NCBI GenBank assembly: GCA_018434395.1
Contig: JAHDPK010000025.1
Span: 8,374 to 72,373, forward strand
DNA from: Bacteroidales bacterium
GTDB taxonomy: Bacteria > Bacteroidota > Bacteroidia > Bacteroidales > UBA932
Direction: 5' to 3'
Length of the DNA stretch: 64,000 nt
Shown in pieces: positions 43,541-53,571 of the stretch (the stretch's first letter is position 1; every line of letters starts with the position of its first letter). The translations under genes and the position numbers were made by a program. Under the pieces are notes generated by a model. That model saw nothing but the letters and a program-made list of their open reading frames with translations. It made no database searches and was not told where the DNA came from.

Positions 43541-43630
43541 TTGAAAATAATTTTAGTAAAACTGAAAATGAATAAACAATCTCAAAGTTAACAATAAAAT
43601 TTAACTTTGTGTTTAAAACTATATTGATGA

Positions 43631-44404
43631 ATGAAATCATCCGAACTTGAGAAAAACACGTGGAAATCAGTAAATAACAGCAATATTAAAATTGCACTTC
43701 TTCCATGGGGTGCTACCGAAGCGCACAATCTCCATCTCCCTTATGGGACTGACACTTTGCTTGCAGAAAAAGTTGCAACGGAAGCTGCCGAAATTGCAAA
43801 CCAGTCAAATGCAGGTGCAATAGTACTCCCTTCAATAGCATATGGAGTTAACAGCGGCCAGATGGACATAAAACTCTGTTTGAACATGCGTCCTTCTACA
43901 CAAATGGCTATTTTAGATGACATTTTGACTGATCTTAACAAACATAGTATTAATAAACTTGTAATTATCAATGCACATGGAGGCAATTCTTTTGTTCCCA
44001 TAATCAGAGAAATGTCTTTGAAATATCCTCAAATAATGGTTTGCAACATAAACTGGTGGCTTGTATGCAAACCGGAAAACTATTTCGACGAACCAGGAGA
44101 CCACGCCGGAGAACTGGAAACCTCAGTAATGCAGTATATCTATCCCGATCTTGTACTCCCTCTCGAAGAAGCAGGCACAGGAGAAGAAAATCAATTTACA
44201 ATCGAAGGCCTCAAAGACAAGTGGGCATGGACACCCCGTAAATGGATATATGCAACAACCGACACAGGTGTTGGTAATCCATCCAAATCGACTCCAGATA
44301 AAGGGGAGAAATTTTTCAATGATTGCGTTAATAAAATATCAAAATTTATAATTGAGTTCTCCTCTGTCAACTCAGAAAAGAATCTTTATGAAAAAAGAAA
44401 ATAG
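43631..44404 (+). CDS. creatininase (creatinine amidohydrolase) family protein
   Basis: LLPWGATEAHNLHLPYGTD, NAHGGN and GDHAGELETS motifs. Confidence 0.8.
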   Translation: MKSSELEKNTWKSVNNSNIKIALLPWGATEAHNLHLPYGTDTLLAEKVATEAAEIANQSNAGAIVLPSIAYGVNSGQMDIKLCLNMRPSTQMAILDDILTDLNKHSINKLVIINAHGGNSFVPIIREMSLKYPQIMVCNINWWLVCKPENYFDEPGDHAGELETSVMQYIYPDLVLPLEEAGTGEENQFTIEGLKDKWAWTPRKWIYATTDTGVGNPSKSTPDKGEKFFNDCVNKISKFIIEFSSVNSEKNLYEKRK

Positions 44405-44957
44405 AGCTATGATTTTTTCTGCCCCTTCAGGTGCAGGAAAGAGTACGATTGTCTCTCATTTGATGAAGAAGTTTCCAGTACTTGGATTTTCAATTTCTGC
44501 CACATCAAGGCAACCAAGGGAGAACGAAGTAAATGGAAGGGAGTATTATTTTTTGAGTACTGATGAGTTTCGTAAAAAAATTGCCGGAAATGAGTTCATA
44601 GAGTACGAAGAAGTTTATGAAGGATATTATTACGGAACGCTTAGAAGTGAAGTCGAAAGGCTCTGGAATGAAGGGAAAGTAATAGTTTTTGACATCGATG
44701 TCAAAGGAGGATTAAATCTAAAAAAACTTTACGGCAACGCAGCCCTTGCTGTTTTTATAAAACCACCTTCTATTGAAGTTTTACGGGAAAGACTTATCAA
44801 AAGAGGAAGCGAAGATAATGCATCTTTTGAACGAAGAATAAAAAAAGCAGAATATGAATTGACCTTCGAGAGTCAGTTTGACAAAGTGCTTGTAAATGAT
44901 TGCCTTGAACGCTGTCTGAAAGAGGCAGAACAAATTACTGAGGACTTTCTGTCATGA
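44388..44957 (+). CDS. gmk: guanylate kinase
   Basis: P-loop SAPSGAGKST, TSRQPRENEVNGREYYF. The alternative ATG at 44409 is equally possible. Confidence 0.92.
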   Translation: MKKENRAMIFSAPSGAGKSTIVSHLMKKFPVLGFSISATSRQPRENEVNGREYYFLSTDEFRKKIAGNEFIEYEEVYEGYYYGTLRSEVERLWNEGKVIVFDIDVKGGLNLKKLYGNAALAVFIKPPSIEVLRERLIKRGSEDNASFERRIKKAEYELTFESQFDKVLVNDCLERCLKEAEQITEDFLS

Positions 44958-45514
44958 AAATAGCCCTTTACTTTGGGTCATTTAATCCCATGCATGTAGG
45001 ACATCTGGCTATCTGCCGCTACTTGATGGAGCATTGCGACATTGATGAATTGAGACTTGTTGTAAGCCCTACTAATCCACTTAAAGATGAGTCCAATGAA
45101 AAGAGTGCCGAAGAACGACTGAAACATGTAAAAAAGGTAGCTGCAGGTCTTGAAAAGGAGGCTCTACAAAAGGGACTCAAATGTAAGATATGCGTTTCAT
45201 CCATTGAATTTAAACTCCCTAAACCACTCTACACTATTGATACATTAAGGACAATAACAGCACGTGAAAAAGGCAATAAGTTTATTTTGATTATAGGAGC
45301 AGACAATCTTGCCATTATTGAGAAATGGAACAAATGGAAAGAATTACTCAATGAATTTGAAGTCTGGGTTTACCCACGAAAAGGATATGATATTGAGTCG
45401 TTATGTAAAAAATATGGAGTCAAACCGCTAGATGCTCCTATGATAGACATATCCTCATCAGAAATAAGAGAAGCCGAATTGTCCGGTAACGATATGTCAG
45501 CCTACAAAGTTTGA
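44954..45514 (+). CDS. nadD: nicotinate-nucleotide adenylyltransferase
   Basis: YFGSFNPMHVGH (HxGH), ISSSEIR. ATGA overlap with gmk. Confidence 0.9.
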   Translation: MKIALYFGSFNPMHVGHLAICRYLMEHCDIDELRLVVSPTNPLKDESNEKSAEERLKHVKKVAAGLEKEALQKGLKCKICVSSIEFKLPKPLYTIDTLRTITAREKGNKFILIIGADNLAIIEKWNKWKELLNEFEVWVYPRKGYDIESLCKKYGVKPLDAPMIDISSSEIREAELSGNDMSAYKV

Positions 45515-46197
45515 GTAAGTGCCCTCCAGAGATTGTCGTTTGGGACCGGAGCTTCAACATAAACCTCATCGCCTTTTACGGGATGTTTAAACTTTATACT
45601 CCGGGAATGCAAAGAAATACCTCCATCCGGATTAGATCTGGGGAAACCGTATTTAAGATCACCTTTTATCGGGCTGCCAATCTTTGAAAGTTGACACCTT
45701 ATCTGATGATGTCTACCTGTAAGTAGCAGTATTTCAAGTAAATGATATCTATCTCCTGAAGATAAAAGCCTATATTTCAAAATCGCCTCTTTTGAGCCTT
45801 CTTTCGGGACATCATAAGCATATGACTTATTCTGCTCCTGATTTCTGACGATAAAATGTCTTAATTCTCCTGAAGAAGGGTTTGGCTTGTTTGCAACAAT
45901 CGCCCAATATATTTTTTCAACTTCGCCATTTCGAAAAAGAGTATTCATCCTTTCTAGTGCTTTAGATGTTTTTGCAAATAGTGCAATACCACTTACAGGT
46001 CTGTCAAGCCTGTGTGGTACACCTATAAACGCATTTCCGGGTTTGGAATCTCTTACAGCAATATAATTAGCTATCTTGATACTGAGAGGCTCATCACCAG
46101 TGTTATCACCCTGTACAATCTCTCCTGCCCTCTTATTGACAATTATAATATGATTGTCCTCGTAAAGAATGTCAGGCTCAGTATTGCTCTGAATCAT
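45502..46197 (-). CDS. RluA-family pseudouridine synthase
   Basis: HRLDRPVSG catalytic motif and GRHHQIR. The ATG at complement 46195-46197 ([14 protein letters not shown]) is preferred. Confidence 0.88.
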   Translation of the reverse strand: MIQSNTEPDILYEDNHIIIVNKRAGEIVQGDNTGDEPLSIKIANYIAVRDSKPGNAFIGVPHRLDRPVSGIALFAKTSKALERMNTLFRNGEVEKIYWAIVANKPNPSSGELRHFIVRNQEQNKSYAYDVPKEGSKEAILKYRLLSSGDRYHLLEILLLTGRHHQIRCQLSKIGSPIKGDLKYGFPRSNPDGGISLHSRSIKFKHPVKGDEVYVEAPVPNDNLWRALTQTL

Positions 46198-46993
46198 TAG
46201 GAAAATCTTTATTCTTAATATCCTTAATATAATTCTGAACAGCTCCAAGTACTTCATCATGAAGATTAAGGTATCTTCTTAGAAATCTCGGAGAGAACTC
46301 CTTTGTCAGACCAAGCATGTCATGCATCACAAGCACTTGACCGTCTACACCATTACCTGCACCAATACCTATAATCGGAATTTTCAACGCCTCTGTTACC
46401 TTTTTGCCCAATTCTGCAGGAATTTTCTCTAATACAATAGCAAAACATCCTGCCTGTTCAAGCAAAACTGCATCTTCAAGAAGTTTTTTAGCTTCAGCTT
46501 CCTCCTTTGCACGAACACTAAATGTCCCAAACTTATGAATTGATTGAGGAGTTAGTCCAAGATGCCCCATAACAGGAATACCGGCAGATATAATAGTAAG
46601 CACTGAGTCAATAATTTCAGATCCACCCTCCACTTTAATAGCATCGGCTTCAGTCTCTTTCATTATCTTAATTGCATTTGAAACAGCCAGTTTTGAGTTT
46701 CCCTGATAACTTCCGAAAGGCATGTCAACTACAACCATGGGATTCTTGACAGCTCTAACCACACTTTGAGCATGATAAATCATCTGTTCAATAGTTATAG
46801 GAAGAGTCGTCTCATGACCTGCCATAACGTTTGCTGCTGAGTCTCCAACTAAAATAATATCGATTCCTGCCTCGTCAATTATCTTGGCAAAAGTATAGTC
46901 ATAAGCTGTCAGCATAGCTATTTTTTCACCGTTACGCTTCATTTCCAACAATCTCTGTGTTGTTATGATTCTGTTTTTACCTTCAACAGACAT
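46178..46993 (-). CDS. panB: 3-methyl-2-oxobutanoate hydroxymethyltransferase
   Basis: [21 protein letters not shown] and KVEGG motifs. Confidence 0.95.
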   Translation of the reverse strand: MSVEGKNRIITTQRLLEMKRNGEKIAMLTAYDYTFAKIIDEAGIDIILVGDSAANVMAGHETTLPITIEQMIYHAQSVVRAVKNPMVVVDMPFGSYQGNSKLAVSNAIKIMKETEADAIKVEGGSEIIDSVLTIISAGIPVMGHLGLTPQSIHKFGTFSVRAKEEAEAKKLLEDAVLLEQAGCFAIVLEKIPAELGKKVTEALKIPIIGIGAGNGVDGQVLVMHDMLGLTKEFSPRFLRRYLNLHDEVLGAVQNYIKDIKNKDFPNDSEQY

Positions 46994-47162
46994 GATTTTT
47001 AATTTTATAATGAATATTTTTCTTAAATCCTACAAAGCTATATAATTATTTCAAATTGACTTTATGACACCTTGTCAGTTTTTCCTTTTGGCACAATGTT
47101 AGAAGCATTCCATACAGACTTTATAAAAATTAATTTTTGACAACAATTAAAATATAAATATT

Positions 47163-49070
47163 ATGGGAAAGATAATTGGAATTGACCTTGGTACAACCAA
47201 CTCCTGCGTTGCTGTAATGGAGGGAAATGAACCTACAGTCATAATTAACAGCGAAGGCAAAAGAACCACACCTTCGGTTGTTGCTTTTACCGAAAATGGT
47301 GAAAGAAAAGTTGGTGATCCTGCGAAAAGACAGGCTATAACAAATCCGGTAAGGACTATCTACTCAATTAAGAGATTCATGGGAGAGCCTTATGACAAGG
47401 TTAAAACTGAAATTGAACGTGTCACATACAAGGTTGAAAAGGGTGAAAATAATACAACCCGTATAAATATAGATGGGCGTCTTTATACTCCACAGGAGAT
47501 ATCAGCAATGATTCTTCAAAAGATGAAAAAGACAGCCGAAGACTATCTTGGACAAGAGGTTACTGAAGCTGTGATTACAGTTCCTGCATATTTCAGCGAT
47601 TCTCAAAGGCAAGCCACAAAAGAGGCCGGAGAGATAGCAGGCCTCAAAGTTAGAAGAATTATCAACGAACCTACAGCTGCTGCTCTCGCATATGGTCTTG
47701 ACAAGACTCATAAAGATATGAAGGTTGCCGTTTTCGACCTTGGTGGAGGTACATTCGATATATCTATACTCGAATTGGGTGATGGAGTATTTGAGGTAAA
47801 ATCCACAAATGGGGATACTCACCTTGGTGGTGATGACTTTGACCAAAAGATAATAGACTGGCTGGCAGAAGAGTTTATGAATGAAAACAGTGGCATTGAC
47901 CTGAGAAAAGATCCTATGGCGCTGCAAAGACTCAAGGAAGCAGCTGAAAAAGCTAAAATAGAGTTGTCAAGCCAAACAACCACAGAGATTAATCTTCCGT
48001 ACATCATGCCGGTTGATGGTATTCCTAAACACCTTGTAAAGACTTTGACTCGAGCAAAATTTGAACAACTTTGTGATTCCTTGATACAAAGAACTGTTGA
48101 ACCATGTCGCAAGGCATTAAGTGGTGCAAACCTTAAACCTTCGGACATCGATGAAGTAATTCTCGTTGGAGGTTCTACAAGAATACCTGCTGTACAACAG
48201 CTTGTTGAAAAATTCTTTGGCAAAACTCCAAGCAAAGGCGTTAACCCGGATGAGGTAGTTGCTGTAGGTGCTGCTATCCAGGGAGGTGTGCTTGCCGGAG
48301 ATGTTAAGGATGTGCTGTTACTCGATGTTACACCACTTTCTCTTGGTATCGAGACTTACGGTTCAGTAATGACAAAACTTATAGATGCAAATACAACTAT
48401 ACCAACCAGAAAGTCTGAAATCTTCAGCACTGCCAGCGACAATCAACCTTCTGTAGAGATTCACGTCCTTCAAGGTGAAAGACCAATGGCTAAGGACAAT
48501 AAAACTATCGGTCGTTTCCATCTGGACGGAATAGCTCCTGCTCCAAGAGGTGTGCCTCAAATTGAAGTTACCTTTGACATTGATGCTAACGGTATTCTGA
48601 ATGTCTCAGCAAAAGACAAAGGTACTGGCAAGGAGCAAAAAATACGTATTGAAGCATCATCAGGACTAACTGAGGCTGAAATCAAGAGAATGCGTGACGA
48701 AGCAAAAGCCAATGAAGCCGCTGATAGAGCCGAAAGAGAGAGAGTTGACAAAATCAACGCTGCAGATGGAATGATCTTCCAAACCGAGAAAAATCTTAAG
48801 GATTATGGAGACAAGATACCTGCAGACAAGAGAAGTGCAATTGAAAGTGCTCTTGCTCAACTCAAGGAAGCTCATAAAGCAGGAGATATAGCAGCCATCG
48901 ACAAAGCCATGGATAATATGAACAACGCATGGCACGCCGCTTCTGAAGACATGGCAAGAGCTGCTCAAAGTGGGCCTTCACAAAGTTCTTCCAGTGATTC
49001 AGGCTCTTCCACTGGCAGCAACGGCAGCGATAAAGAGGTCACCGATGTTGACTTTGAGGAAGTAAAGTAA
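47163..49070 (+). CDS. dnaK: molecular chaperone DnaK (Hsp70)
   Basis: [25 protein letters not shown] and a C-terminal acidic tail DVDFEEVK. Confidence 0.98.
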   Translation: MGKIIGIDLGTTNSCVAVMEGNEPTVIINSEGKRTTPSVVAFTENGERKVGDPAKRQAITNPVRTIYSIKRFMGEPYDKVKTEIERVTYKVEKGENNTTRINIDGRLYTPQEISAMILQKMKKTAEDYLGQEVTEAVITVPAYFSDSQRQATKEAGEIAGLKVRRIINEPTAAALAYGLDKTHKDMKVAVFDLGGGTFDISILELGDGVFEVKSTNGDTHLGGDDFDQKIIDWLAEEFMNENSGIDLRKDPMALQRLKEAAEKAKIELSSQTTTEINLPYIMPVDGIPKHLVKTLTRAKFEQLCDSLIQRTVEPCRKALSGANLKPSDIDEVILVGGSTRIPAVQQLVEKFFGKTPSKGVNPDEVVAVGAAIQGGVLAGDVKDVLLLDVTPLSLGIETYGSVMTKLIDANTTIPTRKSEIFSTASDNQPSVEIHVLQGERPMAKDNKTIGRFHLDGIAPAPRGVPQIEVTFDIDANGILNVSAKDKGTGKEQKIRIEASSGLTEAEIKRMRDEAKANEAADRAERERVDKINAADGMIFQTEKNLKDYGDKIPADKRSAIESALAQLKEAHKAGDIAAIDKAMDNMNNAWHAASEDMARAAQSGPSQSSSSDSGSSTGSNGSDKEVTDVDFEEVK

Positions 49071-49105
49071 ACACAGAAACAAGTCTTAATCAAAAATAAG
49101 TAAAA

Positions 49106-49139
49106 AGCGGTAGTACAATGTGCTACTGCTTTTTTTTTG
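49106..49139 (+). terminator. rho-independent terminator of dnaK
   Basis: agcggtag / ctactgct 8-bp stem (one G-U pair) with a 9-nt loop, followed by T9 (49131-49139). Confidence 0.8.
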
Positions 49140-49430
49140 TTAAAAAAACTTACAATGTTCGGCGTTGGTCGCGCGTTGGACAAAAAATTGAGTATTCCTC
49201 ACAAAACGGCCAAAAGATACGTTTCCGACATCTGCAAAAACTGCAAGTTAATCCTTACAAAACACGATGAATACGCCAAAGTTTAACCCTCTAAGCCCCG
49301 CTTTCAAGTTTGAAACAAAATATTCTTTTTTTAAACTGGGATATCTAAAACTTATATTTATAAATCATTTTTAATATCAAAAAAAATCTTATTTTTGGAT
49401 AAAAGCTGTCAAGTCAAAATATCTACCACA

Positions 49431-49750
49431 ATGTTATTCTCAAACAGATTAAGACAATTACGAGCACAAAACAATCTACTACAACGCCAAATGTCTGCTG
49501 CTCTCCAATCGATACATGTCTATACAACAAAACAGAGCGCGGCGAACGCCGTGTTAAACGCGAACAGGTTATTGCACTTGCCAAAATATTCAAAGTAAAT
49601 CCAAACGATTTTTTATCCCTTTGGCTTTCCGACCGGATTATTGAAGTGTTAAAAAAAGAAAAAGAGTTGGCAGAAAAAGGATTGATTGTTGTACAAAAAT
49701 ATCTTAAAAATAATGTCAAAATTATCCGAAAGAATATTATCTATTATTGA
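49431..49750 (+). pseudogene. XRE-family HTH regulator disrupted by a 1-nt frameshift near 49506-49510
   Basis: One frame gives MLFSNRLRQLRAQNNLLQRQMSAALQ. From 49508 a different frame gives IDTCLYNKTERGERRVKREQVIALAKIFKVNPNDFLSLWLSDRIIEVLKKEKELAEKGL... Joined, they form a complete XRE HTH (…QMSAALQIDTCLYNKTERGER…). The sequence caatc looks like caaatc minus one A. Confidence 0.6.
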
Positions 49751-51050
49751 AGAATTAATAGACCAATACCAAGAGGACGACCGCTATAATCGTCCTTGGA
49801 TAATTGGTTTTAGCGGAGGAAAAGATTCTACCGTTCTGCTTACTTTGGTCTGGCTTGCACTTCTAAAAATCAAAGAAGACACCCCAAATGCAACTCTTAA
49901 GCGACAAGTTTATGTTGTTTGCAATGATACAATGGTAGAAAATCCTGTAATTGAAGAATATGTTAGTAATGTCCTACAAACCATTCAAAAAGCCGCCAAA
50001 GAACAGCAGCTACCGATTACAGTAAAAACTACCACACCACAAATTGAAGATACATTTTGGTGTTGCGTAATTGGCAAGGGTTATCCTGTGCCAAATAATT
50101 CATTCCGTTTCTGTACGGAAAAAATGAAGATTAAACCGACCTCAACATTAATAACCCATCAAGTCGCGGCGGACGGCGAAGCAATAATTCTAATCGGAAC
50201 ACGACTTGCAGAAAGTCAACAGCGGGCAAAATCAATCAAAAAACACGATATAAAAGGACACCGACTTTCAAAGCATCCGCTAAACCCAAACACTTACACT
50301 TATGCACCAATTAAAGAATTGATGTTAGAAGAAGTATGGTGGATTATCAATGCAATTCCTTCGCCTTGGGGCTTTGACAATCAGATTCTTTATAAAATCT
50401 ATATGGACGCTTCGGCAGACGATTACGAATGTCCTACTATTGTAACCAATGATTCCCACCGTAGCTGCGGACAAAGTCGCTTTGGTTGTTGGGTTTGCAC
50501 GGTTGTAAAAGAAGACAAATCAATGTCATCACTAATAAAAAACGGTGTTGGGTGGATGCAGCCCTTACTTGATTTTCGTAACAAATTGGTTGAAAATCGC
50601 AATGTTTCCGAAAAACGCAGTGAAACCCGGCGAAACGGACAAGCCGCCGTTGATAAAACAGGGCATAATATGGGCAACTACACAATGGAATACCGCATAC
50701 AACTTTTGCGGGAACTGCTCACAATCCAAAAAGACACACAGCAGTACCGTTCAAGCATTGACTTGATTACAAGCCAAGAACTGATTGCAATTCAAGTGAT
50801 GTGGTACAGGGACGGCAATTTTTCAACAACCGTAAATGATATTTACAACGAGGTTTATGGCTACGATTTGCAAAACGATAATATCAGTTTACAGGAAAGG
50901 CTTCTGCTCGAAAAATCATGCAACAATCCCGCTCATTATTCGCTCATTCAGGAGTTGCTTGCTTTGCAAAAAAATAAGGTACTGCTAATGAAAAAGTACG
51001 GACTTCAAACCGATTTAGAAGCTCGATTGGATAGTTTTATAAAGGGGTAA
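49713..51050 (+). CDS. dndC: DNA phosphorothioation sulfurtransferase DndC (PAPS-reductase/ATP-PPase fold)
   Basis: IIGFSGGKDST P-loop (SGGKDS at 49812-49829), FRFCTEKMKIKP and the Cys cluster CGQSRFGCWVCT. ATG at 49713. Confidence 0.9.
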   Translation: MSKLSERILSIIEELIDQYQEDDRYNRPWIIGFSGGKDSTVLLTLVWLALLKIKEDTPNATLKRQVYVVCNDTMVENPVIEEYVSNVLQTIQKAAKEQQLPITVKTTTPQIEDTFWCCVIGKGYPVPNNSFRFCTEKMKIKPTSTLITHQVAADGEAIILIGTRLAESQQRAKSIKKHDIKGHRLSKHPLNPNTYTYAPIKELMLEEVWWIINAIPSPWGFDNQILYKIYMDASADDYECPTIVTNDSHRSCGQSRFGCWVCTVVKEDKSMSSLIKNGVGWMQPLLDFRNKLVENRNVSEKRSETRRNGQAAVDKTGHNMGNYTMEYRIQLLRELLTIQKDTQQYRSSIDLITSQELIAIQVMWYRDGNFSTTVNDIYNEVYGYDLQNDNISLQERLLLEKSCNNPAHYSLIQELLALQKNKVLLMKKYGLQTDLEARLDSFIKG

Positions 51051-51054
51051 CAGT

Positions 51055-53172
51055 ATGAAAATAAAAACCATAGAACTAAATAATTACCGCCTCTATAAAG
51101 GGATTAATAAAATTGTTTTTCCAAATGGGAACAACAAGAATTTATACTTGATTTCTGGAGAAAACGGCTTTGGTAAAACTACATTTTTGCATTCTCTATT
51201 ATGGTGCTTATATGGTCGTTTGATGATAGATATTGATGAAACATTTCGTAAAGAAATGTCGAATGGAGGATACAACAATATGGTTATCAATAATCTAAAT
51301 CAAATTTGCAGACAAAAATTGCATACTGAAGTTACCCAAAGTATTCTTACACGCATAAAAAAAGAAGGTTATTCTGTTGATACTGAATTCATAAAAGAAT
51401 GGTCTCAATATTATGTTACTTTGGAATTTACAGATATACTTATTCCGTCAATTCCGTGTCAATCGTTGAAAATTATTCGTTCGTACGATATTCTTTTAGA
51501 TAAAGAAAATGTTGAAATTCTAATTGATGGCTTAATAAACGAATTGACAAGCGAAATTGGAAATGAGGTTTTTATTAATGATTTTATTCTCAATAAAGAT
51601 ATTGCTCGCTTCTTCTTTTTCGATTCAGAAAAAATTGTATCACTCGCTGAAACTAATACCATAGATGAAAAGCGCAAACTTTGTTCGGCTTACAATGAGG
51701 TTTTGGGAGTGAAAAAATACGAGGACTTGAAGAAAAACCTTGAAAATATGCGCTTACGTTTCCGTCGTAAATCTGATGATGTTGATAGCCGCAACAAATT
51801 GAACAGTTTACTTTCAAAACAAAAATCTCTGAATGAAACCATTGCTGAACAAGAACAACAAACCGCCGACCTCGACAGCCAACTGATATTGTTAAGAAAG
51901 GAAGATGAAAACCTGCAAATGCTACTTTTGCGAGAAGGCAATGGTACAACTATCGAAGAACTCAATCGGCAGGAAGCACTTTTGGAAACCACTCGAAAAA
52001 AAGATGCTGAATACAAACAACAACTCAAACTGTTTTTGGAATACGCACCTTTTGCAATTTCCGGAAAACTGTTACAGCAGACAAAAGTACAGATAGAGAA
52101 GGATTTTAATATTCTTCAATCTCAAAATGATGTTAGAAATCAGAATTTTCTATTAAGCAATATCAATGCTGAAATGCAGCAAGTGTTCAACAATATAAAA
52201 ATTTCTGCCAAAGACAAAAAACAATTAGTTGATTCGTTTAACAATATTATTTCCAAATATCAAACCAATACAACAGACGAAACGCCATTATTGAGAGTAA
52301 GCAAGGAAGATTTCGACGAGTTTTTGGCTGTATATTCAAATATTACAACAACTTACAGAGTTGAATTTGAGTACCTTGCAGATGATTACCGTAAAAACAA
52401 ACAGGTAATGGAACGTACAGCCAGGAATATATCTAATATGAACAGTAAAGAAAATGATAATATAATAAAATCTATTCGTAGACGAAAAAATGAAAGTGAA
52501 CGAAGAATTGCTGAATTGGAACAAAAAATCCGTCAGTTGCACGAGGAGCGTGGCGCAATAAACAAAGAATTAGCAGTTATAAGTCGCCAAATTTCGGAGT
52601 TAAGTAAAAAAGTGAGTCTTGATGATAGTAACAGCAAGAAAGATAAAGTTGCTGAGCAACTTATATCAGAACTAAATACATTTCTTATTTTACTGAAAAA
52701 AGAAAAAAAATCGGCTCTTGAAAGCCGTATAAAAACCACGATGAACAACTTAATGCATAAGGCAGATTTTATCCAAAATGTTGATGTTGTGGTGGTAGAT
52801 GATATAATAGATATAAATCTTTATGCTACAGTGGGTAGCATAATAAAAAAAGAATCTTTATCGAAAGGGGAGCAACAACTCTTTGCAACTTCTCTACTCA
52901 AAGCACTTGTGGAAGAATCAGGTATACAATTTCCTGTCTTTATTGACAGTCCCTTACAGAAGTTTGATAAGAGCCACGCAAAAAAAATCATTACAGAGTT
53001 TTACCCAACAGTTTCCAAACAGGTTATTTTATTCCCATTGTTACATAAAGAGTTAACTGAAGAAGAATTGGAAACAATGAAGCCTTATGTGAATTCCGCT
53101 TTTGTGCTGAAAAATAATAATTTATATTCACACATTCAGCAGGTTGATATTAATAATTTAATGAAAGAGTAA
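51055..53172 (+). CDS. dndD: DNA phosphorothioation ABC/SMC-like ATPase DndD
   Basis: IELNNYRLYKG...ISGENGFGKTTFLHSLLWCLYG (Walker A at 51157-51183), long central coiled coil, signature LSKGEQQLFA and Walker B FPVFIDSPL. Confidence 0.85.
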   Translation: MKIKTIELNNYRLYKGINKIVFPNGNNKNLYLISGENGFGKTTFLHSLLWCLYGRLMIDIDETFRKEMSNGGYNNMVINNLNQICRQKLHTEVTQSILTRIKKEGYSVDTEFIKEWSQYYVTLEFTDILIPSIPCQSLKIIRSYDILLDKENVEILIDGLINELTSEIGNEVFINDFILNKDIARFFFFDSEKIVSLAETNTIDEKRKLCSAYNEVLGVKKYEDLKKNLENMRLRFRRKSDDVDSRNKLNSLLSKQKSLNETIAEQEQQTADLDSQLILLRKEDENLQMLLLREGNGTTIEELNRQEALLETTRKKDAEYKQQLKLFLEYAPFAISGKLLQQTKVQIEKDFNILQSQNDVRNQNFLLSNINAEMQQVFNNIKISAKDKKQLVDSFNNIISKYQTNTTDETPLLRVSKEDFDEFLAVYSNITTTYRVEFEYLADDYRKNKQVMERTARNISNMNSKENDNIIKSIRRRKNESERRIAELEQKIRQLHEERGAINKELAVISRQISELSKKVSLDDSNSKKDKVAEQLISELNTFLILLKKEKKSALESRIKTTMNNLMHKADFIQNVDVVVVDDIIDINLYATVGSIIKKESLSKGEQQLFATSLLKALVEESGIQFPVFIDSPLQKFDKSHAKKIITEFYPTVSKQVILFPLLHKELTEEELETMKPYVNSAFVLKNNNLYSHIQQVDINNLMKE

Positions 53173-53175
53173 GTT

Positions 53176-53571
53176 ATGTTTTCGCAGATACGGACGAGTA
53201 GTCAAAACCGAGAAATTGTTGTTGAATTAACGCGTAAATTCAATTTGGGTGCTGAAAATATAATTGCCCGAATTGCGCTTGGATATTCATTACAATCAGG
53301 GATTAAATTCTCACCGTTGGATGTAAAAGACTCAGGCGGTAAGGTATATAGCAAAAATGTGTTGTTTGGAAATAACTATTCGATCTATGAATTTCTAATT
53401 TGTACACATTATCAGATTAACAGTAACGACAAAGATTTACCTCGGTATTTTAAATTGCACCTTGATGATGGGCTGCAACGTATATATGATGACATGAAAG
53501 ACAATCCCAATTTAGTGGGATATGATTATTTATTTGAAAAAATACAAAATGGTTTGGGTGAATTATGTTAA
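53176..53571 (+). CDS. dndE: DNA sulfur modification protein DndE
   Basis: 131 aa directly after dndD. IRTSSQNREIVVELTRKFNLGAENIIARIALGYSL parallels the DndE N-terminus as I remember it (…TGITPNIAARIAF..S…). Confidence 0.7.
   Translation: MFSQIRTSSQNREIVVELTRKFNLGAENIIARIALGYSLQSGIKFSPLDVKDSGGKVYSKNVLFGNNYSIYEFLICTHYQINSNDKDLPRYFKLHLDDGLQRIYDDMKDNPNLVGYDYLFEKIQNGLGELC

Noticed and set aside
44041-44241. Arg-rich 66-aa ORF (…RRTRRPRRRTGN…) inside the creatininase gene
   Set aside because: It is an alternative-frame artefact of a confidently called gene.
49155-49286. 43-aa ORF (MFGVGRALDKKLSIPHKTAKRYVSDICKNCKLILTKHDEYAKV) between the dnaK terminator and the XRE pseudogene. It looks like an HTH tail of a recombinase or transposase, and the local sequence is more GC-rich.
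   Set aside because: It is too short and has no diagnostic motif. It might be a relic marking the island border, but I cannot support it as a gene.
49500-49515. Programmed -1 ribosomal frameshifting as the explanation for the split XRE gene
   Set aside because: There is no slippery heptamer of the X XXY YYZ type at ctccaatcgat and no obvious downstream structure. A 1-nt deletion or a sequencing error is the simpler explanation.
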